The notes beneath the pieces were generated by a model. That model searched no databases. It was not told where the DNA came from and worked only from the letters and a program-made list of their open reading frames with translations. 64,000 bases of DNA from Paragordius varius (taxonomy: Eukaryota > Animalia > Nematomorpha). This document shows, piece by piece, positions 25,817 to 38,128 of this stretch. A program made the position numbers and the translations under genes. Positions within the stretch are counted from its first letter, which is position 1; each line of letters starts with the position of its first letter. The stretch lies in NCBI GenBank assembly GCA_964247055.1, contig OZ176051.1, positions 6,696,001 to 6,760,000 on the forward strand, given 5' to 3'.

Positions 25817-26467
25817 TTTGTATAAAAAACATACATTCGTGATAAGTCTGCTAATAGGAGACTTATCAAAATTTCAAAGTATTATAACTTGAAAAATATT
25901 GCATCTTTTTGAATTCTGTAAACTGGAGGATTGAAAGTCAGGTATCCTTTACAAATAATATATAGGGTTGAGTGAAAATGCGTAATTCTTTCGACACGAA
26001 ACTGAGTTTACTAAACACCTCCAAAAATTGTATAAATCTTAAAAAATATATAAAAAATCTTGGGTATTATAGAAGAAAATGGCATCTATACCATTGTTTC
26101 TTATTTGGTAAATATTTTTTTTATTTTTTTACAGTTTTAACAATTTTTTTAAAAAAAATTGTACTTCATGGTTCTGACAACAACAAAAATAAATATAGCT
26201 AAATATTATTATAATAAATTTGAATTTTGTATTCTAAAATCAGCTTTTAACCCGATAATAACCGTTTTCCCCTAAAATTTTAAATGCAGAACGATATCAG
26301 ATCCAGGGAAGTTTTGGTGGAATTACTTGAAAAGTAAATTATTAATAAATAATTAAAAATTTTTAGATCATCCCTTCCATATTTTCCAGACAATAAGTAT
26401 ATTTTTATAATAATTATTTAGTCAGTTAACAAACGAATCGTCCTCAGTCGCTACTGTAATACATATT

Positions 26468-26686
26468 GTGATGTTTAGATTACAGACTAAAAAATCAAAA
26501 AGTAGACGTTCAATAGCCCCCGAAAATTATAAAACTTTACTTCGATTCAGCCCAGAGACTGTGAAGTTCATTACAGATGAAATATTTCCGGTCAATTTGA
26601 GGCCTAAGAAAAAAACAGGTACTTTAACTTACCAACGATATGTGGAAATTTTCTTGAGGTATTTAGCCGACCCAGGATTCCAATAT
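26468..26686 (+). pseudogene. N-terminal fragment of a HARBI1/DDE_Tnp_4-like transposase
   Basis: YKTLLRFSPETVKFI...GTLTYQRYVEIFLRYLADPGFQ resembles the N-terminal HTH region of Harbinger-family transposases (FR ... L.IFLRYL motif). The frame runs into the right inverted arm at 26687 and stops, with no catalytic domain. Confidence 0.7.
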
Positions 26687-27188
26687 GTAATTCCACCAAA
26701 ACTTCCCTTATCGTTCTGCATGTAAAATTTTAGGGGAAAACGGTTATTATCGGGTTAAAAGCTGATTTTAGAATACAAAATTCAAATTTATTATAATAAT
26801 ATTTAGCTATATTTATTTTTGTTGTTGTCAGAACCATGAAGTACAATTTTTTTAAAAAAATTGTTAAAACTGTAAAAATATAAAAAAAATATTTACCAAA
26901 TAAGAAACAATGGTATAGATGCCATTTTTTTTTTATAATACCCAAGATTTTTTATATATTTTTTAAGATTTATACAATTTTTGGAGGTGTTTAGTAAACT
27001 CAGTTTCGTGTCGAAAGAATTACGCATTTTCACTCAACCCTATATATTATTTGTAAAGGATACCTGACTTTCAATCCTCCAGTTTACAGAATTCAAAAAG
27101 ATGCAATATTTTTCAAGTTATAATACTTTGAAATTTTGATAAGTCTCCTATTAGCAGACTTATCACGAATGTATGTTTTTTATACAAA

Positions 27189-27298
27189 TATCTTACTGTC
27201 TTATGCTTACTGTCTTACTATCTTACTGTCTTACCGTCTTACTATCTTACTGTCTTACCGTCTTACTATCTTTCTGTCTTACCGTCTTACTATCTTAC
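27189..27298 (-). repeat. 8-bp minisatellite in the right foldback arm
   Basis: Units tatcttac/cgtcttac/tgtcttac are the reverse complement of 25699-25816, about one unit shorter. Confidence 0.95.
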
Positions 27299-29175
27299 TG
27301 ACTTAAATTCACATCAGTCATAGGCTGAGCCCAACCCAGCGGCTTATTTCTATTAAAATACTTTTTAAGTGGAAACAGTTAACATGGTTTTCCTTTAAAG
27401 CAGAGTTATATTTAGGTAGTTTTACACATGATGAGACTCTACTCAAAGCATATATAAAACGGTGTAACTTTTGTCTTTAAACCAATGCTATCATTGAACC
27501 ATACTAGTCTAATTTACTAGGAAATCAGGTATTCTCCATGTTATTAATTTATGCTCGCATATTTAACATAGGGTTAAGCCCTACCCTACGGCTAATTAAA
27601 TAAACGATAAGGACTAATATATTGGTTTTAACATTGGAAATTGGAATCATATTTCCTCAGAGTTCAACCGAAAATTAGCTTAATAACCACGTTATTTTTT
27701 GCGTGTTTAACAGAGGGTGGAACCATAACTGCGGCTATTTAAAAAGCGCTAGTAAATTGCATCTGAGTAAATATCTCATTATTAAATATATGAACAAAAA
27801 ATATCAAGATTAAATATAATTATAGATGTGACTTACGAGTGATTTAAAAAAAATAGTTTTGTGGTGATAGCTCTATATCAAAAAATTGCAAAATTTTCCA
27901 TTTGCAGAAAACTTAACGTTTCACTAAATATCAACAAAATATATCTTATTCTATATTTCGAAAGTGAAACAATATTTTTAGATTTTAGTTTTTTATGGTT
28001 TTAAAGGGCCAATTTTTGGCCACCTCTAAAATGTGTTATTTTAAAAATCGCAAAAGTGCCGAGAATTCACTAAGAATTATTTAATATATGATCATGATAT
28101 CAAAATAATTTTAGAAAAATGCATACTTTCAGCAAAATTTTGAAGCGTACTTCATGCTATTTCGGCATGAATCGAAACTGTATAAAAACGCTCTGATATT
28201 GTAAAACACTTTTATAAATCGATTATGCTAAACATTTTTATCACACCAGACATTTTCTTAAAAATTTGTTTCCAAATTTAAGTTATATATAACTTGTGTT
28301 TTAATAAATTATTTTAATTTGATGTCCACCACGTTTTATATCAAAAATATAGAAATGTTCATCAATATTGAATTACATAGGAAACGTCTTTTTATACCGT
28401 TTTCATCATGCTTCGAAATATCATACCATTTGCTCCCTTATTTTGCTATAAATTAAATTTTTCCAAAAATAACTATTTTTCCGGAAAACTTGTTAAAATA
28501 GCAGATATTTATTGAGCAATATCGAAACTTTTACGGAAGATTTGTCCATTTTAAACGGGATTTGAGAGACGAAGCTTGCGTCCAAAATTAAAATTTTATG
28601 AAAATATTGTTTTACTATCTGGATATAAATGATATAAGTAATATGGATGAAGCATTTAGCTACCAAAAAAATATATATGCTAAAATGTGGGCCATATTTA
28701 AATCTTTGGATTCATATAATCGTAAGGCTCAAAACTAAATGCTATCAAAATGTATATGTTTTTAAAGATAGATATACATTCGATTTTGTGCGCATTGTAT
28801 ATATTTTATCATGATATTTTTTGTTTGCGTGGTGTATTTCTATTTTATAACTTATAAAGGATAGAAATTACTTTTCATTTGCTAACACACAACAGCACCA
28901 TGTTTATCCTAACAATTCGTAGTCATAACAAACATTTTTATTGTCATCTGATTTGTGAAATTCTAACTATATAGTAAATATCTTCTGATGTCATTTTAGG
29001 ATGTCACTAACCATAATATACTTAAAACACACTTTAAGTGATATTGAATTTTTTAATGATAATTATCTATTAAGTAAAATATTATTACATTCAATTTTTT
29101 TATAATATTATATATAAACAGTGTCCACAAAAAACTTGATAAATTAAATATTCTGATATGAATGTATCGAATTAA

Positions 29176-30760
29176 CATGGTGCTTCTTTGGCCATTACGA
29201 GTGATTTAGGGAGTTTACACTTTTGTGGTAAGTCCATATCAGATGACAACATTTGCGCTTTATATAAATATTTTTTGACGGAAGGTAGAGGCTTAATTTT
29301 TAAAAATCACTAAAATATATTATAATTACATCATAAAAAGCAAAACAATATTTTTGTAAAAATTTTAATTATGGATATGTGGCTTCGAAAGCCCCAAGAT
29401 ATTTTGCTCTTCTAAAATAAACTACTCTTTATAAAATAAACAAAAAAATACCGAGAGTCGATAAAAGTTTTAGTTATATATCAAATTTTGATATCAACTA
29501 CAATATTTTAAAAATGCATACATTTTTAAAAATTTAATTTGAAGCAGTTAATAATTTATACCATTTTGAAAATTATGGACCGGTTTAAAAACGCTTACTA
29601 TATATATAATAAATACCTTTATATATAAATTCAATGAGTAGAACATTTTATTCTCCAGACTTTTAATTCAAAGGTTAGTTTCCAAAATTTTAGTGAATAA
29701 TAAAACACAATATTTATTTTACAAAATGGATGAATTTATAAATTCTGAGGCCAATTATAATGCATCATCGAATTAACACTTGGATACAACATATTCATTT
29801 TAGTCCTTCGATTCAAATTGGGGTAGTTAATTACCCCAGGCCTGTTTAAATTAAAACTTTTAAAAAATATGCAAGGAATCGAAAGCATAGCAAAAGTTGC
29901 TTTTATCTAACATTAATAAACCAAAATATATAAAAAATTTTATTCAAAAATACTTGATATTACTTATTTTAAGCTAATACCTAAAGGTAAAAATTTAGTC
30001 AACGTGATATGTGTGCAATGGTAAAATTGAAAAATAATACATCATAAACCGCTTTTTCTATTTCTATCAATGTTAGTTGTAATTTATATAAAAAATTAGC
30101 TTAAATTATACCCTTTAAATTAAATGAAGACGAAATTTTCCAAAACTTGGTAAAATAAAAATGGCGTCGAAGTAGTTTGACATAAAACTTTTTTTCAAAA
30201 CAAAAATTTATTTAGATATTTTGGCATATTTATATAATTTTTATAGGATACAAGCACAAATTTATATTGTAACCGTTTCCTTCACTAGTTTTTTAATCCT
30301 AAATCAAATTTAGTCTGGGGTATTTAAATATCCCAATTTGAAGTGTTAATGGGTAGGCATAATATCTTAAAACGTACGGTATCCATTATGAAATAAAATT
30401 CTATGAAGTACGCAACAAAATCATGCTTAATTTTTTGAAAATAATTTATTAAAAATATTTTTAGTTTATTTTATTTGCACATTTTTTATCGCGCTATCCC
30501 GGCATTTTTGCATTTAATATAAAAGGATTGCACCTCTTATCCAAAAAATTTGGCCTTTTGAAACTCACATCTAATAATTAAATTTTGGATTTTTTTTGCT
30601 TTTTATATTTTAAATATTGTGATATTTTTGAAATAAATTTGAGCTTTCACTAAAAATTTTGCTAAAAAATGTGCGCAAATTCTGCCATTTTATCATATGG
30701 AGCACCATAATGTTATAAATAAATCTTAAATCACTAAGGCCCAAAACCAAAAGCACCATA
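29176..30760. mobile_element. Old long-arm palindromic element (family E) with a TTAA MITE inserted centrally
   Basis: Ends catggtgct...gtgattta and taaatcac...agcaccata. The arms are homologous over several hundred bp to each other and to 60532-61445. Boundaries are approximate and no TSD was found. Confidence 0.55.
29777..30345 (+). mobile_element. TTAA-flanked MITE (piggyBac-like), copy 1
   Basis: TTAA|cactt ... aagtg|TTAA, with asymmetric subterminal repeats (caaattggggta ... tacccc). It is homologous in opposite orientation to 32073-32605. Confidence 0.75.
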
Positions 30761-32072
30761 TTACTGATCAGAATATATATATTTTATCAGGTTAATTTTA
30801 ATTTCAAATATTTACAAGTTTGGATGAATAATTCGGAAGTTTGTTCTAAAAATAGGAATATATCTTAGCAAATGTAAATTTTCAAATAAAATTATTCAAT
30901 TATAAACATTACATCTATATATAAATTATATTTTTAATCCACTACTATAAGACAAAATAATTGTAGATATTATCATTAATTGATATCTTTATTCTCTAAA
31001 ATTATATATCATTGCATAAAATTTACCACATATTTATGTTAATTTTATAGTTTTCTTGGAAAGAGGCTATTTATCATAATTACATATAATATATATATAT
31101 ATATTTATATAGTATAAATATATGTTCATACCTCCAGGCGTTTTTAACAAAAACCATGCGACTCCCATCCACTTTTAAATTTCAAAGGTCATAACTCGCA
31201 ACGTAAATTCCCAATTCCTAACATACTTATTCGCAAGTAAATTAATTTTTAATTTAATGTTATTATTAAAACACTACCGTTATGATAGCATAACCCTAGG
31301 CTATTAAATAAGATAAAAGCGTCAATTAGCTCCAAATCGTAAAATCTTTTGAATTTTAAATAATAGTTAAATTATCAAATTTTGATATAAAATTTAATAT
31401 TATTGTGATTATTTAATGTGATTTTAATATCCTTTTTGTTGTTGTGATGTATTTTATGATCATTATACATTTTGCACAATTTTAAAATGTCCTTCCCTTA
31501 CTATTTCCTTTAACTCTAATTATACGTTTGATTTACATCATTTTCTAAGAACTGTCTTATTCATTTACTTTTTAGCTTTTTTAAATTATTCCTAGATCCA
31601 TATAACATCACCCTTATTCTGCATTTGGAAAATTCATCATGAAACACCGGGACGTTGATCCTAGTAAGCTTTATTTTTTTTTAAATTAAAATTTAAACCA
31701 AAATTTATTTTAGTATTAGGTATATTATTTTTAGATAATTTTGGTTAATTTTTTTGTCAATTGTATTAATTATTGGTTTTGGCTGATAATATAATGAGTT
31801 TTTGAGATTTAGATATTTTAACATCAATAAGACTTTATTCTCTATCATATTACATAATTTTTTAAGCATAATGTTGGTTGCCCAATATTTATTGGTTTTT
31901 ACTGTTTTACATCATAATTTTACTCTCAAAATATTGATTTTTGATCTTTTTAGCAAAGTTTATTGTTACACATTTTAAATCATACGTTACAAATAACAAT
32001 ATTTCAGAGTGTTAAAGGAATTTATTATTAAAAATACACTTACCATCTAGCTTTTTTAAAATATGAATTTAA

Positions 32073-32605
32073 CACTTCGATTCAAATTGGGGTATCTAAA
32101 TATCTCAGAGTTGAGTTAGGATTTTTAAAAACTACTGAATAAAACAGTCCCAATTTAAATTTATGCTTCTATCCTTATAATTATATAAATATCCCAAAAT
32201 ATCTAAATAATTTTTTGTTTTGAAAAAGAAGTTCCATGTCCAGCTACTTGGCCGCCATTTTTTTGCAAAATATCGTCTTTATTTAATAAGGGTAAAATTA
32301 AGGCTCATTTTTGATTTAAATCACACCTAACATTCATAAAAATAGAAAAAGTGGTTTATTTTTTATAATTTTTTAATTTTACTATTGCACACATGACACG
32401 TTGACCAAATTTTTACCTTTCGGTTTTAGCTTAAAATAAGTAATATAAAGTATTTTTGAATAAATTCTTTCGGTGTATTAATATATAAGTGCAAAAATTT
32501 GCCATGGTTTCGATTCCTTCCATATTTTTTAAACAATTTTATTTTAAACAGGCCTGGGGTATTTAACTACCTCAATTTGAATAATGAATGTGTTGTATCC
32601 AAGTG
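32073..32605 (-). mobile_element. TTAA-flanked MITE (piggyBac-like), copy 2
   Basis: TTAA|cacttcg ... ccaagtg|TTAA. It is a reverse-complement homolog of 29777-30345, for example taaacaggcctggggta versus taccccaggcctgttta. Confidence 0.75.
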
Positions 32606-34561
32606 TTAAACATATCTTGACAAAATATTTTAAAACATTTGCTATTCATTAGTTTTCAAATTGGTTTATTTTTATAGCAAACTTTATGATGAGACACATT
32701 AAATAAAAAACAAATTTTTTGTAAAAATTTAAATACGTGACTCCTTCCTTAAGCCTTAACATTATATTTGTATTGCTTATATTCTATTTTTAGCATCGTG
32801 AATAAATATATGCAACTTGTTTATCTATACAAAATTTTAATTTTTATAATAATTTTTGAATGTTTTCCAGGGTTTCAAGTTCAGATTTATTATTTAAATA
32901 TCTATTTTCCACTCTTTATTGATTCATTTTCGTTGGGTATATTGTTAAAATTTGAGTTTTATTTTATGGTTAATTATAAAAATTACAAGTATTCGCACTT
33001 TAAAAGCAAATTTACAGATATGTCACACACACATACACTCCCCCAACTAATTTTTTTCATTTTTATGCAGAGGTACAAAATTTTTTTGGGGTCATATATT
33101 AAATATAAAGATAATTTATTCAACCTTTGGATTATACCTTTATTTTTAGTAACATGGGTTCAACTTCTTGAAGAATGTTCAAAAAATTATATATACTCAC
33201 AAAACTTTATATTTATAAAATAATACCTGGTATTTAAACTTTATTTATTATGCTTATAGAGCATAGGCATCCTCAAATAATTTTTTATACAAAAGGAAAT
33301 TATTTCTAACCTATACCATTAAACTTAACCTGTTTTTTTACAACAATAAATATATAGGTTAAAAAATTTTTAAATATTTAACTAAGTATTTTATTTTATA
33401 TATGTACCTAAATGTCGAAAGATTAGTTTTTGGAGTTTTATCAATTTGATATCCGTCATTTATATATCATCAACATATTAATTAACACATTTTTTGGAAT
33501 TTAATTAGGGTTTTTATTGGTCGTGTTATTTATGAAAGGAAAATGGGTTACTAAAAAAGCTGTGATTAAAATATTTATATTTAGCCGAAATAGTAACTTC
33601 TCCAATCCGCTCCTATCATGTTAAAAATATTTTTTATAATTTTTTATATAGGATCTTTAAAATATTATTGAGAATTTGTCAAAAAGTGTACTCATTTAAC
33701 GATAGTGCTATAAAATATTAATACTAATATTAATGGAAATGAATTAAGATATGATAAAATGAAGCCATATTTTCCCACAATTGGGCAAAAAGTGTTGTTG
33801 AAAAACTTTAAATAGCTATTTAAATCAAACATATTTTGTAAAGAGGTATATTTTACGATTTATATTTTAACCGCCAGAAATAGAAAACATCACGCAACCC
33901 TTTCTTCAATTTTATTATGCACAGAAATTATGTAGCGTCTCGAATCATTTTGATTAATTATCATTTAAGTGTTTAAAAGTTTTATGGCTCAATTTAATTG
34001 CGATTTTCACAAAGATTAATATTGAGTTACATAAAATAACCCTTTGCAATCAATGTTGCTGCTGTATTTAATACATGCATTTAACATTTTGGATGTCATT
34101 TATATGTCAGAATTTAGCATATATTATTAATATTTTTATCCCGCGCGCAAGCAAAAAATTGGGATGGAAATTTTGGATATGAATTCACAATTTATAATAT
34201 GAGAAATATATTCATAGTACGAAACATGTATAGCTTTTTCCAAAAACAATTTAATTTAATGTGTGGACGGGTGTGGTTGGATCTTGGCCTAATTTTTAAA
34301 ATATTGTCAGATAAGGCTAAATTTTACATTTTTAAGAATACTAATAAAAATGATAATAATGTGCACGATATCTTACTATAGTTAAAAAAAATTTTGGTAG
34401 ATTATTTTGAGCAAGCAAAACTTTTAAGCAATATGTTATAGTCAGCTGTTAACCACATTTTAGTTTCCGCTTATTTCTCCATATCTAGTTTTTTTATATG
34501 TATGTTCTTTTTTGATCTAGATGTTATCTATTTTTTAACTAAAGAAAGTATTGGGTTAGAC

Positions 34562-34821
34562 CAGAGGTTTTTTTAAGTGGTCCTAGAAAAATTCAAGGGG
34601 GCGCGCTTGGAGAATTCAATAAATTAAATCAGAAAGTATAGATTATCAAGATTTGTCATCGATATGAAAAAAAATTCAAATTGCAAATACAAGAATTTCA
34701 TTGATTGGGATTTATATAATATTACATTAATTACATTTTATCTTGGATTTTGAGAGGGGGGCGCAAGAAATTTTATTTTCAATTTGGTGGGGCGTAAACC
34801 AAAAAAGGTTGGGAACCACTG
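34562..34821. mobile_element. 260-bp hAT MITE
   Basis: Ends cagaggtt ... gttgggaaccactg. The 8-bp TSD is ggttagac / ggtttgac (7/8 match). Confidence 0.8.
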
Positions 34822-35623
34822 GGTTTGACTATACATAGATTGACCTTTCCATCTGCCCTTAATATCTAAAAACCCAAATAGCTCTCTAACTTAGCTGATT
34901 ATCGCCTAATTTTTCAACAGTTATGGTTTCGTTTTATATACACTATTTTTTAAGTTACTATTATCTTTCCAGAACTAATTAATATGTGGATATTAGCGTC
35001 TCAGATAAACGCATTAAATATATGTTTAATCAGTTTTTTCCCTAAATTTTTTTATTGATTTTTAATTATCAAATTTTTATTTTGAAGGGTCATGATACGG
35101 ACACGGCGTTGATACGCTATACATAGAATATTTAGTTTTATTAGAATATGTTGAATGAAATTACAAAATTTGTTATGGGCTTAAACTCTCTATAGTTATT
35201 CATTGCTCCCTGATAGTTTTTCTACATAGAAAAATTTAAACATGTTTACAGCTTTTAAAGTTTATATGGAATAAAATATCTTTGCCATTAGGTTTTTTTT
35301 ATAGTGTGATATCTAATATCAATTTACACCAAATAATTAACACTTCATTTTCTTTTCACTTTTGTCCTAGTTTACCTTTGGGGTAGTTTTATCAGAGCTG
35401 AATTTTGCAACTAAACTACATTTTGGATGTTATTTTAGTTAAAATTTTATAATCATGATCTCATATAATAGATAAAAAAGCTTATATTTGTTGGAGTTTT
35501 ATGATTTTAACGGCTAAAATTAAGACAGCTCCAAAACACCATTAAATCAAAATATATCAGGTTAGTTGATGAATGTGGCCTGAAAGGTAAGTTAATTATT
35601 TTCATTTTATAACCATAATATAC

Positions 35624-37223
35624 ATTGTATTATTATATTGCAATTAGGGTTGTGCCTATTAGTCAATGACCTAGGGTCATGACCTAGGTCATGACCATGG
35701 TCATGACCACGAAAAAAAATGACCTAGGTCAATTTTTTTATTTTTTTTAATTTTTTATTTTTTTTAATTTTACGATTTTTAGGAAAGCAAAACCTTATAT
35801 CATTTATATATGTATTATTTTGTTTTAAATATCATATGATGCACATCTTTTCTTAACTTTATCAATCATAATGAAATCAGCCTTGTGGAAATTTTTCGAT
35901 CAAAAGAATCAAGTTACATGCAAGAAATGCAATTACACTATATATTTTTAATAAACGAATGAAGAAACATCTAAACGAATTTCATGAAATAAATTATACG
36001 ACAAAAAGTGATGATCGAAAGCAATCTAATTATTTAATTTCTTTAGTTTAGTTTAAAAAATTTCTGTTTTCAAGAGAAATTAGCCAGAACATGCAAAATT
36101 TATTTTTACATCCTCAACTCTTAACATATTTGAAAATAAACATTTTCGGAGTTTCATTCATAGTTTAAAGCTAATTATGCTATTTCAAATAGAAAACAGA
36201 TTGCAATGGATTACTAGATTCATGTTATGAAGATAAAAATGGAAGTTATTGGAATATGTAAAAATAATATTTCATTAATCGTCAATACCTTTACCAATAT
36301 TCGTAGGGAGCAAATAATTAATATTATTGGCCAAAGATCCTAAAACATTTTTTAGTAACTATTGACACATCCTATCATAGTAAGACTGCCGAATATATCT
36401 ATAACATAATGGAACCAATTATAAAAGATATTGGAAATTTAAAAAATTAATGCCATTGTTATAGATAATGCAGCGAACATGAAGGCTGCTGAAATTTTGA
36501 TTAATAAAGATTATCCTATTTAATATTGCATGAACTCCAATGTCATATAATAAATAATTCGATCAAAGAATATATTAAACTATAAGATTATTGAAATTTT
36601 AAATGTAGTGAGCAAGATTATATATAAAATCTAATAAATCGTGTAGAAAATTTCAAAGTATAAAAAAATCCTAAGTTAACGTTAAGTTCATGGAAAGTGA
36701 CTAGTTTTTACACATTCTAAATAATTAAAGCATAAATAGATTTCAATAAATCCATATTTTCTCGTTAGTCTTAGCTTTCTGTGATTTGAAATTATAAGTC
36801 TTTATGTATGATTCCAGGAAAGATCGTTTTACTTGTAGAAATTTAAATTATCAAGATTGGTGAAAGTATAATTTTTAAAAAATATATACTTTATGTAAAA
36901 ACTTTTTTTATGTGATTTAATCAACTATTTATGTATGTAGTTATTTATTATTGGCAATAACATATGGTATGACCTAGGTCGGACCTAGGTCTGACCCCCT
37001 TTTTTTGAAAAAGGGGGTCAAAATCACAACCCTAATTGCAATTATAATTCAGCTAAAATTATATGAATTTATTGTAAATTTTCGATTAAAACTTTATACT
37101 TTGAATATTAGTTATATTTTAATTATTTTTTTACGTTTGACAAAGATTACTAGTAGTAATCGAAAATTTACAATAAAATCATATAATTTTAGCTGAATTA
37201 TAATTGCAATATAATAATACAAT
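35624..37223. mobile_element. ~200-bp hairpin MITE (family C) whose left arm is split by a 1.39-kb hAT
   Basis: Removing 35645-37042 restores attgtattattatattgcaattataattcagctaaaattatatga, whose reverse complement ends at 37223. Related sequence lies at ~5133-5175 and ~48075-48230. Confidence 0.75.
35645..37034 (+). mobile_element. hAT transposon with decayed, internally deleted transposase
   Basis: TIR tagggttgtg ... cacaacccta, with an exact 8-bp TSD ATTGCAAT. Remnants include a BED finger (SALWKFFDQKNQVTCKKCNY...KRMKKHL, ~35870-35975) and NAIVIDNAANMKAA (from 36449), among many stops. Confidence 0.92.
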
Positions 37224-37878
37224 CACACTTCAGCGTAAACAATATACATTTATTTGTCTGTTGCATTAGCGATTTTTTAAAAAAAATTCCAGAAAAAAAT
37301 GTCGGCAAAAAAGTTTGAGATAAGAAAATTTTTAAATTAAATTTCTCTGAGTATAAAATTACCCAAAAAGAAGGTAATGGAGTGTTAACAATTAGCAGAA
37401 AAATTAATCTCCTAACTTAAATTTTATTTTCTAAAATAACCCCAAAAACTGTTGTGCAATTAGCTATATTTTAAAAATTGATCAACATTTTTGATGGCAA
37501 AGTAATAAATAGCTAGAAATTTTATATACATTTTATTCAAGATAACAATTTTGTATTCACCCAAATATTGCCCTTTCTTGAGTCAATCGAGGGTATATTT
37601 TGTATTTAACTTTTTTAGTTTTGTTAATATAGTCATAATTTAATTATATTCATTTTCAAAAAGAACATTTTTATATGATAGTATTATTTTTCCACTTGGT
37701 GATTAGGTAGTATGATAAATAATGGCATCGAATGCGAATTTATTGACAATTTTTAATCCAGCAAAATACTTATCGGTCAAAAAGTGATGTCTCTCTGCCT
37801 AATTAATCATTTGATATTTCAACAAGAATAATCGGGTTAAAAAAATTTGAAGATCTATAATTTTGAAATATAATAAAG

Positions 37879-38128
37879 CAGAGGTGTTCAACGCAAATCC
37901 TGGGCCGCATTTGGAATATATATATGGGTATTAACAAATATTTAATTAGGTTTTATACCTAAAAGGGTAAAAACAACTATTTATTTTATCATTTTTGGCT
38001 AGTTCATTGCAACATTATAGGAAAGACATATCAGGAAATGTTTTTAACTAGATTTTGTAAGTTTTTATTTTTCAAATTTCTCGCGGGTCGCAGAATTATT
38101 TTGAAGGGTTGCATGTTGGACACCCCTG
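37879..38128 (+). mobile_element. hAT (Charlie-like) MITE
   Basis: Ends cagaggtgttcaac ... gttggacacccctg. Flanks taataaag / atataaag match at 6/8. An opposite-orientation relative lies at ~51088-51395. Confidence 0.75.

Larger units (their letters stand above)
25679..27318. mobile_element. Foldback element: ~640-bp inverted arms around a truncated PIF/Harbinger (PHIS)-type transposase
   Basis: Arms 25678-26326 and 26687-27319 are near-identical reverse complements (one 8-nt indel, about one 8-bp repeat unit, a few substitutions). The spacer is 360 bp. CATAG is directly repeated at 25674-25678 and 27319-27323. Confidence 0.9.

Noticed and set aside
25972-26945. Twin ORFs 25972-26202 (+) and 26730-26945 (-) as duplicated genes
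   Set aside because: They are chance frames mirrored by the inverted arms, of low complexity, and they differ by a frameshift.
32768-33223. 151-aa ORF (also the 127-aa ORF at 53150-53533 and most 60-90 aa ORFs in the track)
   Set aside because: The F/I/L/K/Y/N-rich composition is expected from AT-rich non-coding DNA. They start at non-ATG codons and have no splice or motif support.
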